Assembly: GCA_963823665.1 (NCBI GenBank) | Contig: CAWGMQ010000005.1 | Span: 288,001-352,000, forward strand | Origin: an uncultured Planctomycetota bacterium | GTDB lineage: Bacteria > Planctomycetota > Planctomycetia > Isosphaerales > Isosphaeraceae | Direction: 5' to 3' | Length of the DNA stretch: 64,000 nucleotides | Position numbers and translations under genes: made by a program | The notes under the pieces: model-generated | Databases searched by the model: none | Told to the model about the DNA's origin: nothing | What the model saw: only the letters and a program-made list of their open reading frames with translations | In this document: piece after piece, positions 10,998 to 22,934 of the stretch | How positions within the stretch are numbered: the stretch's first letter is position 1 | How the letters are laid out: each line of letters begins with the position of its first letter

Positions 10998-13700
10998 ATG
11001 CCCCTCGATTCTCGCCGCTTGAAAGAGCTGTTCAACGCCGCCGTCGAACTGCCCGAACCGCCTGACCGCCTCGCCTTCCTGGAGCGGGAATGCCGCGGCG
11101 ATCCGGAACTGCGCCAGCGCCTCTTCGAACTCCTGGCCGCGCACGAGTTGCCCGCAAGCGAGCTGGAGCGCCACCTCGCTGCGAACATCGAGGGAGCCCG
11201 CATCGAAACCGAGCCCGATCCGGCAACCGCCGGTTCCGAGCCGCCCGCCAACGCTGACGATCAAACGCTGAGCCATCACCACGAAACCCCGGCGCCGGCT
11301 ACGCTCATCGGCGCCATCATCGCTGAGCGTTACAAGCTGCGCCAGGAAATCGGCGAAGGTGGCATGGGATCAGTTTTCCTTGCTGAGCAGACGCAGCCGG
11401 TCAAGCGCCAGGTTGCACTCAAGCTGATCAAGCCGGGAATGGACTCGAAGGCCGTGCTGGCCCGGTTTGAATCGGAGCGCCAGGCCCTGGCCCTCATGGA
11501 CCACCCGAACATCGCCAAGGTATTCGACGCTGGAACGACCGAAGGCGGGCGACCGTTTTTCGTCATGGAGCTGGTCAAAGGCATCCCGCTCACCGAATAC
11601 TGCGACGCGCATCGTGTCGGGCTGCCGGAGCGCCTGACACTTTTCCGTCTGATCTGCTCGGCGGTGCAGCACGCGCACCAGAAGGGCATCATCCACCGCG
11701 ATTTGAAGCCCACGAACATCCTGGTGGAGAGCCACGACGGGGAACCCGTGCCCAAGATCATCGACTTCGGCCTGGCCAAGGCCACCAGCGGCATCCAGCT
11801 CACCGATCACAGCCTGTTCACCGCCTTCGGCACCGTGGCCGGCACACCACTCTACATGGCGCCGGAGCAGGCGAGCTTCAATGCGCTGGACATCGACACC
11901 CGGGCCGACGTCTACGCGCTGGGGGTGATTCTGTACGAACTCTTGACCGGCAGCACGCCGATCCGGCGCGACACGATCCGGCGAGCGGCGTTCGACGAGA
12001 TGCTGCGCTTGATTCGCGAATTCGAGCCCCCGACACCGAGCAGCCGGATCAGCGAGTGCGACACCTTGCCGAGTATCGCCGCCACGCGCCAGACCGAGCC
12101 GGCGAGACTGGGCCGGTTCGTCCGCGGCGAGCTGGACTGGATTGTCATGAAAGCCTTGGCCAAGGAGCGGAACAGAAGGTACGAGTCGGCAACCGCCCTG
12201 GCGCAGGATCTCGAACGGTTCACGAATCACGAGCCAGTCACGGCCGGACCGCCGACGGCGGCTTACCGCATCCGAAAATTCGCCCGCCGGCACCGGGCCG
12301 CTCTGGCGACCGCAGCGGCCTTCGCGCTGCTCCTTGTCGTCGCGACGGCTCTCAGCGCGGCTTTGGCGATCTGGGCGAATCGCGAGCGAGTGCGTGCGCT
12401 TTCAGCCGAACAAACGGCCAAGGAGCAGCAAGGCCGCGCCCAGGACCGTGAAAAAATGGCGATCGATGCAGTCAAGCGTTACGGCGAGGTCGTGCGCGAC
12501 ACGCCCGAGCTGAAGAACACTCCCTCGCTGTCGAATCTCCGCGGCAAGTTGCTGAAGGAACCCCGAGAGTTCTTCAAGAAACTGCGGGACCGACTGCAGG
12601 CGGACCGGGAGACGACGCCCGACTCGCTCCACAAGCTGGCGACGGCGAGTTTCGACCTGGGCATGCTCGCGAATGAGATCGGCGACAAGCAGGACGCCTT
12701 GCGTGCCTATCAGGAATCACTGGCGATCCACGAGCGGCTGGCGAGAGAGAAACCGTCGGACGCCGAATACCAGCGAAGACTGGCCGCTAGTTACCACAAC
12801 ATCGGCATGCTCGAGAGCGAGGCGGGTCGGACGGCGGAGGCGCTCGAGTCATACGAACAGGCCCGCGCCATCCGGGAGCGATTGGCGCGCGAGCACCCCG
12901 AGTCGCCCAACTTCGCCAGCAACCTGGGTGCAACCTTGAACAACATGGCGATGATCGACCTGGACCAGCGCCAATTCGACAAGGCCCGGGCCAAGCTCAT
13001 TCAGGCCATCGCATGGCAACGAAAGGCCCTGGCCACCAACGCCAATCACCCCACTTACCGCCAGTTCCTGGCCAAACATCTGAGGAACCTGCTCCAAGCC
13101 GCCGAAGGTTTGAGCAGCGTCGACGAAGCCGACCAAGCCCGCCGCGAGTTGTCGGAGCTGGCTGCGAGCGATCCGGCGAAGGCCGCACTCGACGCGCGAC
13201 TGACCGCCGTGCTCAAAGGGAATGAAACGCTCAGGAACGATCCAGAGCGGATCGTGTTTGCATATTTGGCCCATGCGAAGGCGTTCTATGCCTTCTCGGC
13301 GCACCTCTTTGCCGAGGCGCTCGCGAACGATCCCAAGCTTGGCGACGATCGCCAGGCGCAGCACCGTTACAACGCCGCCTGCGCAGCCGCGCTGGCGGGC
13401 AGCGGCCAGGGCAAGGATCATCCTCCGCCCGATGATGCTGCCAAGGCAATGCTCCGGCGGCAAACTCTCGATTGGCTCCAGGCCGAACTCGTCGCGTGGA
13501 CCAGGGTTTTCGACAGCGACCCAGCCGCGATGAAAGCCAAAATCTCGCCAACCCTCAAGCACTGGAAAGCCGACACCGACCTCGCCGGCATCCGCGAAGA
13601 GAAGGAGCTGGCCAGGTTGCCGGAAAAGGAGCGCGCCGCGTTCCATCAACTTTGGAACGATGTCGATCAGCTTCTGACCAGGGCTGCGGGCGGGAAGTGA
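10998..13700 (+). CDS. Serine/threonine protein kinase with TPR repeats
   Basis: IGEGGMGSV, VALK, IIHRDLKPTN, DFG, GTPLYMAPE, a TM helix, then TPRs; GGAGG RBS before ATG 10998. Confidence 0.95.
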   Translation: MPLDSRRLKELFNAAVELPEPPDRLAFLERECRGDPELRQRLFELLAAHELPASELERHLAANIEGARIETEPDPATAGSEPPANADDQTLSHHHETPAPATLIGAIIAERYKLRQEIGEGGMGSVFLAEQTQPVKRQVALKLIKPGMDSKAVLARFESERQALALMDHPNIAKVFDAGTTEGGRPFFVMELVKGIPLTEYCDAHRVGLPERLTLFRLICSAVQHAHQKGIIHRDLKPTNILVESHDGEPVPKIIDFGLAKATSGIQLTDHSLFTAFGTVAGTPLYMAPEQASFNALDIDTRADVYALGVILYELLTGSTPIRRDTIRRAAFDEMLRLIREFEPPTPSSRISECDTLPSIAATRQTEPARLGRFVRGELDWIVMKALAKERNRRYESATALAQDLERFTNHEPVTAGPPTAAYRIRKFARRHRAALATAAAFALLLVVATALSAALAIWANRERVRALSAEQTAKEQQGRAQDREKMAIDAVKRYGEVVRDTPELKNTPSLSNLRGKLLKEPREFFKKLRDRLQADRETTPDSLHKLATASFDLGMLANEIGDKQDALRAYQESLAIHERLAREKPSDAEYQRRLAASYHNIGMLESEAGRTAEALESYEQARAIRERLAREHPESPNFASNLGATLNNMAMIDLDQRQFDKARAKLIQAIAWQRKALATNANHPTYRQFLAKHLRNLLQAAEGLSSVDEADQARRELSELAASDPAKAALDARLTAVLKGNETLRNDPERIVFAYLAHAKAFYAFSAHLFAEALANDPKLGDDRQAQHRYNAACAAALAGSGQGKDHPPPDDAAKAMLRRQTLDWLQAELVAWTRVFDSDPAAMKAKISPTLKHWKADTDLAGIREEKELARLPEKERAAFHQLWNDVDQLLTRAAGGK

Positions 13701-13968
13701 AAGAGTGCAATCCAGGGACGCGCATTGCGAAAATTCGCGGCCGCCATGCCCGATGACTCATTAGATCACTATCTTTGTTTATCCCGTTGCGTTATAGTTT
13801 ACTCGGTTGGTCTGACGATTGAGAAACCTCTTTGGGTTCTCGATAGAATCACTTCCTGGTTCCCCTCTCGCCGTTCCCACCTACCGGGCTCCGTTTGTGC
13901 GCCCCTTTCTCATCGACCCAGAAAGCGAACAAGCGGTCGAAAAGTTTTTTACGATCCGGAGATTCCCA

Positions 13969-14313
13969 GTGGGAAAGAAGTTGTACGTCGGCAATCTGGT
14001 CTATTCGGTTACGCGGTCCGACCTTGAGTCATGGTTTGCCGAGTACGGGACCGTCCAGAGTGCCCAGGTGATCACAGACCGTGATACCGGCCGGAGCAAG
14101 GGCTTCGGTTTTGTCGAGATGGATTCCGACGATCAGGCTCAAGCCGCGATCGACGGATTGAACGAAAAGGAATACGAAGGGCGGCGCCTGACCGTCAACG
14201 AAGCCAAGCCCCGCGTGACATCAACCGACCGCGGTGGTTATCGAAGCTCAGGCGGTGGAGGCGGTGGCGGCGGCTACGGCGGCGGCGGCGGCGGTGGTGG
14301 CCGGCGTTATTGA
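13969..14313 (+). CDS. RRM (RNP-1) RNA-binding protein with Gly-rich tail
   Basis: KKLYVGNL (RNP2), RSKGFGFVEM (RNP1), LTVNEAKPR, poly-Gly ending RRY; GTG start after GGAG. Confidence 0.95.
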   Translation: MGKKLYVGNLVYSVTRSDLESWFAEYGTVQSAQVITDRDTGRSKGFGFVEMDSDDQAQAAIDGLNEKEYEGRRLTVNEAKPRVTSTDRGGYRSSGGGGGGGGYGGGGGGGGRRY

Positions 14314-14472
14314 TTACGAATCCAGTTGTGGTATCGAGGGGAACGCTCCGGCGCACCCCTCGATCACCCGTCTCCGACACCTGGCGCGGGCTTCCGGCAA
14401 GGACCGCGCTTGGTGGCGTGTTCTCCACCATTGATACACAACCGCACGCGAAGGCCTGCGCCGGAGATCTCG

Positions 14473-14751
14473 ATGAGCTCGACCCACTATTATCACACCC
14501 AGCCCAAGCCGGTCTCGACCCGAGCTCGCTGCCCGGTGTGCAATCAAGCCGCCTATTCAGCGGCCGGCATTCATCCTCAGTGCGCCGAGCGCCAGGCTGA
14601 CCCACCGAGACCGAAAGACAAGTCGAAAGTGCCCACCTTGATCGCCGCCACGGCAGAGGGCGACACCGCCGCCGCCCCCACGGTTGGAAGCCCCGCCGCC
14701 GTCAAACGGCCCCCTTACGGTCGCGGCCGTCGACCGTTCGTCGCGAAGTGA
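14473..14751 (+). CDS. Small hypothetical protein with CxxC...HxxC putative zinc finger
   Basis: RCPVCNQAAYSAAGIHPQC; GGAG RBS before ATG 14473. Confidence 0.6.
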   Translation: MSSTHYYHTQPKPVSTRARCPVCNQAAYSAAGIHPQCAERQADPPRPKDKSKVPTLIAATAEGDTAAAPTVGSPAAVKRPPYGRGRRPFVAK

Positions 14752-14862
14752 GACGCTCGCGAATCCCAAAAAAAAGAACAACCCTCGCAGCGCCTTGGAG
14801 GCGATGCGAGGGCCGTTCCGTTTGTCGGCTCAGGTTTATCGACCGAATTCGTGAAGACGTGC

Positions 14863-15449
14863 TCAGTTGCCAGCCGGGGTCGGCAGGAGCAGGCCGCTTC
14901 CGCGAGTCGTCGAGACCTCGGGGGCGGGAGGAGCTTCTTCACCGGGAACGATCGCCGGGGTCATCTCGGCAGGGGCCGCGGCAATCGAGGTCGCGGGCTT
15001 CGCACCCTGGAAGGTGTGCTGGCCAGCGCCGTAGACGCCGTACTGACCACTAGGAGCAGCGCCACCCTGGCCAGAGGGAGCAATCCCGCCCTGACCGCTT
15101 GCATAAGGACCGGCCGCACCCGGGCGCAGCCGCCGTCATTGCACTTCGGGGCGTGCTGGAGCGAGAAGCAGTGCTTCTTCTTCAACACCCACTCGTATTT
15201 GCACGTGTGGACGAGCTTGGGAAGGTGGCAGTTGATCTTGGGCATATGGAAGCTGAAGCAGTGCTTCTTGGGCGCGCACGGCGCGGGCTCGCACCCGGCC
15301 ACACCGCCTTGGCCAGTGGCATACGGACCGCCCTGGGGCGAGGCCAGACCACAGGTCGTGCAGTTGTCATCGTGCCCGCCTGCCATGCTCACGCTGCAGA
15401 ATCCAAGAGCGAGGGCGAGGCTAAGGCTGAACGTCAAGGGCTTCAACAT
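14863..15449 (-). CDS. Secreted Cys/His-rich low-complexity protein (frameshift near 15120)
   Basis: Signal peptide MLKPLTFSLSLALALGFCSVSMA and two KKHCFS motifs; after the shift it reads GPYASGQGGIAPSGQGG...PTPAGN*. Confidence 0.65.
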
Positions 15450-15952
15450 GGGAGAAAACGCTCCTTAGCTAACATTAATCGAGGGTGGCGATTCCGGCCG
15501 GCCGTCTCGCTCGACCCTGTAATCGTGTCGGTCGTACATGGCATCGGATCGTCAGCTCGGTCTTCCCGGGACCTGAAGCCTTGCGGGCCTCTTCCGCCGA
15601 TCGACACCACCAGTTCGGCACTCCCGTGTTCTCGCCGTGGCATGACCTTGGCGAGCCATCGGATATATCGTCAACATTACCGCGTCGCTTGAATCCGCTT
15701 CATGTTTTGTACCAACACGTTACGACGACAAAACTGCCGGTCGTCGCGATCAGGCAAAACAGGAAGTTTGCACAAAACAGGGCGACGCCACAAACGGCAT
15801 AACCGCAATTCTTGCGGCTTTGCGTTTTCTCTGATCGCTAGAATTGGTGCGCACAGAAGAGCGAGTTTCGCCTCGAATCGGCGCGGGGGCTCGCATGCCC
15901 GGGCTGAGCGAGTTCAAAGGGAAGGCGATTCGATTCTGCAGCGGGTCAGCGC

Positions 15953-17839
15953 CTACCGTCGCATCGACGCCCTACGCGAAGCCTCATCAAGCGTCGGCCG
16001 GATGCTGGTAACCTCGAGCAACACGAGTTCGTTGCGCTTCATGCTCGTCTCGCGTAGCAACGGCTTGGTGCGGGTGGCGAGCTCGGCGGCGAACAGCTCG
16101 TACTGGCGGTCGCGGATCAGCAAGTAACGCGCGAGCCCGTCGCGACGGTCCAGCCAAACCAGGAGCGCCTGCTTTTCGCGCGCCACCCGTTCGGCTTCGA
16201 GCCCGGCGAGCGTCTTGGAGTGACGCCGCTTGCGCAGAAAGCTGCGAGCCAGATCAAAGGCGGTGTTGTAGCGGGGATGAGTCTCCGGCACGGGTGCCAG
16301 ACGAAAACCCTTCGCGTAGAACCAGAGCCCTTCGTCGATCTCGTTGAAGAACATCAACGTGGGTGTGGATGAGGTGCCCGAAACGATCCCATCGAGCTTC
16401 TCCGCCACTGTTCGATGGCCACGTGCGGCGTTCTCCTGCGGAGCAATCTGTCCGTAAGCCACCAGGAATCCGACCACGCACGCGGCAGCAAGGGGCGCAA
16501 GTGCAATCGAGCTTCCTCCCCTCCGCCACGTTCGAGCACTTGCGGCGACCGCAATCGCAATGACCAGCCCGATGACCAGGCACCACGGCCAGCGGTCGGC
16601 TTCGACCTGATCGCGTGCCACGATCGGGGCCACAGCCGCCGCAACGAAGAACAATACCCACTGCGCTTGCAAGAGGCTTCGAGCCGCGATCGATTGGCCT
16701 CGCTTCGCCGGCCGACGCCCCGCCCTGCGCCAGCTCGACCCACGCGGCGCCGATCAGCAATGCCATGCCCGGCACGCACGGGACGTAATAGTTGGGCTTG
16801 GCGACCGACCAGCAGCAGAAAACAAATAGATTGCCCACACCCCACCACCACGGGAACCAAAGGTACGCGGATGGTCGCGCTGGCTGGGCTTGCCCCACAT
16901 TGCGCTCCGAAGTTCGTTCTCTCCTCGCGAGAAAGAAGGGCAGGATTGCTGCCACCGGAGCGATCATGGACCAGGGCAGGACCATGCCGGGCCATTGTGT
17001 TGCGAGCAACTGGTGGCGGCGGTGCTCGAGTATCTGCGAGAACCCGATTTTCTCCGACATCTCCAGGGCCCAGACCCGCGCGGCCGCCGAGTCCTCAAGC
17101 AGCACGGCAACCGGCCAGCTCATGGCCAGCGCGGCGAAGATCAGAACGCCCCGGACCGCTGAATAAGCGTCGCAGATCCCCATGCAAGACGGCGGCCTGA
17201 CGCAAGGTACGGGACCAGAGTCACGCCCGCGAGCAACAGGATGATCGGGCCCTTGGTCAAGAACCCCAGGCCGAGCGCACAGTAGAACAGCAGACACCAG
17301 CCGATCGCGCCGGCCGGTTCCGTATCTCGAGCAGCGCCAGTTGTGTGATCGCCCGTGGGTGACCTATCACTCGCTCGCTCCAGCCTGCGCCAGGCCGCAT
17401 AGAGCGCGAGCGTCGTGAAAAACGCGAGCGGACCGTCGTTGCTGGCCTGGCGCATCTCCCCGACAAAGAACGCCGACGAGCAGAGGACCAACCCGGACGC
17501 CAGGGCGAGCTCGCGGCCCCCCATGCGCAATCCCAACGCGTAAATGAGCGCAACGGTCAGGGCACCCGCGATCGCACCGGGAAGCCGCACGATCCGTTCG
17601 TCACGGCACCCGGTCAGCTTGATCAGAGCCGCGATCGACCAACGCGGCAGCGGCGGCTTCTCAAGTCGAGGTCGACCCTGAATCTCGGCAACCAGCCAGT
17701 GGTCGTGGTCGACCGTGTCGATCGCCTCGGCCGCTGCCCGCTGCTCGCGCTTACCCCAGAGCTCGACCGAGCCCAGACAGCCCAGGAAGGCCGCCAGTGC
17801 CAGCACCAAGAGCAGAGCCTCGGGCCACCATCGTCTCAT
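15953..17839 (-). CDS. ArnT/PMT-family (GT39/GT83-like) membrane glycosyltransferase, split by two frameshifts
   Basis: ELWGKREQRAAAEA, RLEKPPLPRW, VRLPGA, GLGFLTKGP and AKPNYYVP across three consecutive ORFs. Confidence 0.85.
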
Positions 17840-17979
17840 ATGGGCCGGCAAGCTAACCGATCTGGCTGCTTTGGGCAATGGCGGAAGGCTCGGCGTTCGA
17901 CGCCGCGCTCACTGCGGGGTTTCCAGCTCACCAGCCCGAATCGCCAGCGAGGCGCCCCCTTCGCGCGAGGCCATGCTCA

Positions 17980-18534
17980 CTACGGGGTTTCCAGGGCGAA
18001 GTACATCGACAGCTCGGGCGGCGAGGTCGTGCGATTGTACATGAGACCGAGGAAGAGCCCGGGCGCGACCTGGCGAATCTCGTCGCGGTTATCGGCGTAG
18101 ATTCGTGACGTCTGGCTGTAGTCGAGCACCAGCGACGGCCGGCCGTCGAGCCAGCTCGGGCCCTCGTAAAGCTGGCCGCGAATGACCCGCATGCCGAAGA
18201 AGCGATTGACCGCCGTCGCCTCGTCGGGCTCAAACACCTTCCCCTGCCAGAGCAGCCGTGCGCCGCGCGAGACGATCCGGGCCCGACGCGTTCCGGGTGC
18301 CAGCAGCGCGGTGCCCCGCACCCGGCCGGGGGGAATGGCCACCGCCGTGCCCTGCCGGTAGACGTTTTCTATCTGCGCGGGTGTCATCGCCAGCAACTGG
18401 TCGAGCGTGACGGTTGCCTCGGCTGTTTGACCCTGTGCGTCGGGCGTGCAAGCCACAGCGCATCCGAGCACAAGCACGAAACCCATCATTCGAATTGTGT
18501 TCGCACCGACGAGCCGCCACGATCGAGTGGTCAC
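17980..18534 (-). CDS. Exported conserved hypothetical protein
   Basis: Signal peptide; WQGKVF...SWLDGRPSLVLDYS...RDEIRQVAPGLFLG. Confidence 0.65.
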   Translation of the reverse strand: MTTRSWRLVGANTIRMMGFVLVLGCAVACTPDAQGQTAEATVTLDQLLAMTPAQIENVYRQGTAVAIPPGRVRGTALLAPGTRRARIVSRGARLLWQGKVFEPDEATAVNRFFGMRVIRGQLYEGPSWLDGRPSLVLDYSQTSRIYADNRDEIRQVAPGLFLGLMYNRTTSPPELSMYFALETP

Positions 18535-18707
18535 GATTGTTTCTCCTCATCTTGTTGCCGTTAGCGAATGTTGTCTACGACCCGACGCGCGCACGACGAG
18601 CCTTATCTTCATAAATCGGCCGGCAAGCTCGCCTCGCTTGAATCCCGATCATCAGCCTGGCCAGCGCCGTGGTTCGGACAGCCCGAATCCAGACCGATTC
18701 TCGAAGA

Positions 18708-19544
18708 TCAGCCAGACGCCATCGGTGGATTTCCAGGCCGCGGCCGACTCCACCATCGCCACATGAGCGCCAGGCCGAGCACCCACGCCACGAGCATCGC
18801 GTGGAAAAGCTCACGGCGCCTGACCTCTCCGTATGTGATCGTGCTGGTGCAGCCGCTCATCACAGTCAAGCCAGCCGCGACGACCAGCAGCCGAACGATC
18901 CGCGGATCGAAGAAGTAGCTTCGCCAGACGGCGGTTGCGACCCAGAAACTGCCGAAGAGCGTGCCAACAAATGTCCCGGCAACCACGATGCCATGCACCA
19001 GCGAGCGACTCCACTGGCCGGCGCGCTTCGCCCGCCGCAGCGCGGACCACGCCGGCCAGAGCCACGAGTAGGCCCAGATCGCGACGGCCGCGATCGATAA
19101 CACCCAGGTACCGACCCAGTAAGCCCAGGTATTTTTCCATGACTGCGGAATCTGGGGGACACGGCCAAGAAGACCCGGAAACAGCCGGTCTGCGTACATC
19201 AGACTGAAGAACACCCCCATGCACACAAAAGCGCCCCACCAGGGGCCGACGGCGACCCACACGGCCCTACGGCCCAGCAGTCGCCGCAGTCGGCCGCGCG
19301 GCGGTGGATCATCGTCCGGCACGTGCATCGTCGCGCCGGCCAGGAAGCCATAGCCCAGGAGCGGACCGAGCATGAGAATCCAGACGAGCCAGCCCCAGAC
19401 GCGCGGATCCGGCCCGGCTTTGCCGGAATCGCTAAAATCCAGATCACTGACCTGGAAGTACAGGTCCTCCAGCACAACCGGCACCACCGGAAAAATCAAC
19501 CAGGCGAGAACCGGCCAGAGCTCTCGACGAAATCCGTTCGGCAC
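18708..19544 (-). CDS. Trp-rich integral membrane protein
   Basis: About 6-7 hydrophobic helices; AGGAG RBS upstream of a GTG start. Confidence 0.7.
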   Translation of the reverse strand: MPNGFRRELWPVLAWLIFPVVPVVLEDLYFQVSDLDFSDSGKAGPDPRVWGWLVWILMLGPLLGYGFLAGATMHVPDDDPPPRGRLRRLLGRRAVWVAVGPWWGAFVCMGVFFSLMYADRLFPGLLGRVPQIPQSWKNTWAYWVGTWVLSIAAVAIWAYSWLWPAWSALRRAKRAGQWSRSLVHGIVVAGTFVGTLFGSFWVATAVWRSYFFDPRIVRLLVVAAGLTVMSGCTSTITYGEVRRRELFHAMLVAWVLGLALMWRWWSRPRPGNPPMASG

Positions 19545-20277
19545 GCACCACTCCTTTCTCAGGGGCCTCCGCAGACCATGATCGAGGATACTCGATGACC
19601 CCGCCTGCGTAAATGCGCCTGAAAGTCGCCTCGCGGCACTCTTCTCACTAAAAAATTCGGCGTGCGTTTTCGTCCCAAGCTCATGTTACTGCGTCATGTC
19701 GGCAAACGGCCCGGAGATTTGGGCCTACCAGTCGGGTTGACAGTCCAGCGGACAATCGGTTATATCGCGGAGGTCACTGGAGATGAGCACGAAATCCCAC
19801 GGCAACAGGCGAGCACCCTCGCCCTGGGGAATTCCCCGCTTTGAGATTTCGCCCAGCTTTCTTACAGACGCTTCACGCCAGGTCGTTCTTGTTGAATTGA
19901 CGACCCGGCGAGCCATAGCACGGCAACATTTTTCCGTATATTCAAGTGTACAAGGATGGTGCGGCCGTAGCGGGGAATTCACCGGTTCACGGAGGAACCG
20001 GCCCCCGCAGTTTTCCGGAGAAGAGAGCCGAGCACGGCATTTCACGTCCGGCCACACGCCATCGTGAGGGTCTCGTCCCCGATTGACCCGCCTTCTTGCG
20101 ACGTGCTCGGTTCGACACAAGCAGGTGACAAGGCCGGTCGTGCCGGCCGGCCGAGCCCGAGAAAACAGACCGTCCGTCGAGCCGAGGACCCTCTCACTGG
20201 ATGGTCGCTCGGGTGAATCCGGCGTGATTTGCGGCGCTTCACGCGACGGCCGCCGATCTGAAACGCGAAAAGGGGCG

Positions 20278-21699
20278 ATGCTGATGAGGACTAAGAGCCA
20301 TATCTCGGTCCTCCCCAAGCCGAAGCGGGTTCCCCACCAGCAGTACCTGCCGGCTCACTCCGCCGCGCCGGACCCTGTGCCGCCGCCGGAGCGCGGTCTC
20401 TTTCCGGGTGAGCCCGAGAACTGCCGCCGCCGCCTGCGCCCGTTTCTGCGCAACCTCGCTTTTCTCGGCCTCCTTCTCCTCGTCTTCAAGGTTTTTCGCA
20501 TCGAGGAACGCGCCTACCAGGGGCGAGCCTTCCAGACTCTGGCAACGCTCGCCTTCCTGGCCTTCCCGGTCCACTATCTGAGCCCCTACCGCTTCAAGAA
20601 GCCGGTCTTCCTCGCCGTATCGATCGTCGGACTGTTCCTGGTCTTCGGAGCACTCCTGGCCGGGATCGTGCTCGCCTTTGCCGCGGTCTTGATCGGCGTT
20701 TGCTTTCTACCGATAAGGTGGTCTGCCCGCGCCGCGATCGTTGCCGCGATCGCCATGGCCTGCACGATCGCACGGCCTGGACTGGCAAACGCGGTTATTC
20801 CCGACGCCGTCTGGGCGATCGTCGCGTCGATCTTCATGTTCCGGATGATGATCTACCTTTATGAGCTCAAGCACGCCCGGAAGCCGGAAGGCCTGGTCGA
20901 TACGCTATCTTACTTTTTCCTGCTGCCCAATTACTGTTTCATGCTCTTTCCGGTCGTCGACTACCGCACGATGCAGCGCGGCTACTTCGCCCAGGATGTA
21001 CATGCCGTGCAGGAGCGCGGGCTCGAGATGATGTTCCGCGGCACGATTCACCTACTCTGCTACCGCTTGATCTACCACGACTTCTTGATTCCGGCATCGA
21101 AGGTGCACGACCCGGTCAGCCTGGCCACCTACCTCGTGTGCAACTACCTGCTCTACCTCCAGGTCTCAGGCCAGTTTCATATGGCCGTCGGCATGCTGCA
21201 TCTCTTCGGCTTTCAGCTTCCGCAGACCCATCATCACTACCTGCTGGCGAAGAGCTTCACCGACTACTGGCGACGGATCAACATCTACTGGAAAGATTTC
21301 ATGGTCCGCCTTTTCTTTAATCCCGTGGTCTTCCAGCTCAAGCGATGGCCCCAGCCTCTGGCTCTGGCAATTGCGACCTCGATCGTCTTTCTGGCCACCT
21401 GGCTCCTGCACGCATACCAGTCGTACTGGCTGCGCGGAAGTTGGGGGTTCTCGGTCACGGACGCGCTGTTCTGGGGAATCTTGGGCGCCCTGGTTCTTGT
21501 GAACGTCCAGCTCGACGCGCGCGGCAGCCGGTCCCGCCCCGCGAGCGACCGGGTGGTCCGTTCGAGCCGTCATCTCGCCATTTCCTCGTTGAAAGTCGCC
21601 GGAACATTCGCCACGGTCACGGTCTTGTGGTCCTTGTGGTGCAGCCCCAGTCTCTCGGCCTGGCTGGACATGTTTCATCGAGGGATCTATGGGTCATGA
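20278..21699 (+). CDS. MBOAT family O-acyltransferase (DltB/AlgI-like)
   Basis: Multi-TM protein with YLQVSGQFHMAVG, SFTDYWRRINIYWKDF (variant of the FWRRWH motif) and ATWLLH candidate catalytic His. Confidence 0.85.
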   Translation: MLMRTKSHISVLPKPKRVPHQQYLPAHSAAPDPVPPPERGLFPGEPENCRRRLRPFLRNLAFLGLLLLVFKVFRIEERAYQGRAFQTLATLAFLAFPVHYLSPYRFKKPVFLAVSIVGLFLVFGALLAGIVLAFAAVLIGVCFLPIRWSARAAIVAAIAMACTIARPGLANAVIPDAVWAIVASIFMFRMMIYLYELKHARKPEGLVDTLSYFFLLPNYCFMLFPVVDYRTMQRGYFAQDVHAVQERGLEMMFRGTIHLLCYRLIYHDFLIPASKVHDPVSLATYLVCNYLLYLQVSGQFHMAVGMLHLFGFQLPQTHHHYLLAKSFTDYWRRINIYWKDFMVRLFFNPVVFQLKRWPQPLALAIATSIVFLATWLLHAYQSYWLRGSWGFSVTDALFWGILGALVLVNVQLDARGSRSRPASDRVVRSSRHLAISSLKVAGTFATVTVLWSLWCSPSLSAWLDMFHRGIYGS

Positions 21700-21706
21700 T
21701 TCGCGC

Positions 21707-22934
21707 ATGACCAGGCAGATGCTGGTCGTCGTCCTCATTCTTCTGTCCGGCATCGTGCCCGAGCGGCTGGCCGGTCTCAAGGCGTCGTCGCTCCGCGACA
21801 GCTTGAAGAGCAACCTCTTCAACCGTGCTGACCTCGAGCGCATGGAGCACGGCTATTACGAAGCGCTGCTTGACCGCGGCCGTCGCCTGGACGACCTGGC
21901 CGAGCTGCCCACGATGCGAGTGCGGTGGCGCTCGGGCAGCACGTGGTCAATCCCCGTCGATCAGTCGCCGCTGGTGGTTCGAGTGGACGACCTGCGCGAG
22001 GTCGTGCTCAAGAAGAACGACGCCACGACGCGATTCGGCCTCGACTGGCGCACCAATTCACAAGGAATGCGCGACCGCGAGTATTCACTCGAGAAGCCGC
22101 CCGGAACCTTCCGCGTGGCCTTGGTCGGCGACTCCATCGGCGCCGGCTGGGGTGTCAACGCCGAGGATCGATTCGAATCGATCCTCGAGGAATTGTGGGA
22201 CAAACGTGCCGGCGCCATTGCAGGACGCAAAGTCGAGTTCATCAACTGCGCGGTGCCGGGGCATTCGCCGGGCCAGCGCTGGTATCACTTCGGCCTTCTC
22301 GGCTGGCCCATGGAACCCGACCTTGTGATCTATGAGGCAACCGCCGCGGACATCGGCTGGGACGAGCGCCGCCTACGATTCCTGCTGGCGCGCGGCATTG
22401 GCTGGGACTGCCCCATCTACCGTGCGGCTCTGAAAGCAGCAGGTGTGCAGCCGCTCGGCAGCCCCGATCATTACAAGCGAGCGCCTCCAGCCCAGGCACT
22501 GGGAGATCCTCGCGGGAGTTTATCGATACATGGCGGCCGATTGTCGCGCGCGGGGCGTGCCGGTCTTCTGGGTTCTCGTACCGCGGATCGGACGGCGCGG
22601 CGATGCAGAGGGCAAGCCTGCCCTGATCGAGACCGCTCGAAAAGCCGGGTTCGCCGGCGTGATCGACTTGACCGATGCCTTCGACGACCTCGACCCGGCT
22701 CGCCTCACGGTCGACCGCGACGACTTTCATCCCAACGCCCTGGGCCATGCGCGCATAGCCCAGAGGCTCGATCAGGCGCTTGAGCCGATCCCCCAGGTGG
22801 CAAGGATCTGGGAGACGGCAACCGCCTCGGAGAACGTTGGGCGGCTGGCTCGAAGCAAGGAGCCCGACACCGAGCGCCTCGATGAACAGGTCAAAGCAAC
22901 GAGCTTCGCTCCTGAAGGCGGAGGGCGGCCATGA
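21707..22934 (+). CDS. SGNH/GDSL-fold protein (frameshift near 22490)
   Basis: TNSQGMRDREY, RVALVGDS, INCAVPGHSP, and DDFHPN in the second frame. Confidence 0.85.

Noticed and set aside
10615..12260. Kinase 60-bp repeat as a DGR template
   Set aside because: The three mismatches are not at adenines, and no reverse transcriptase is present.
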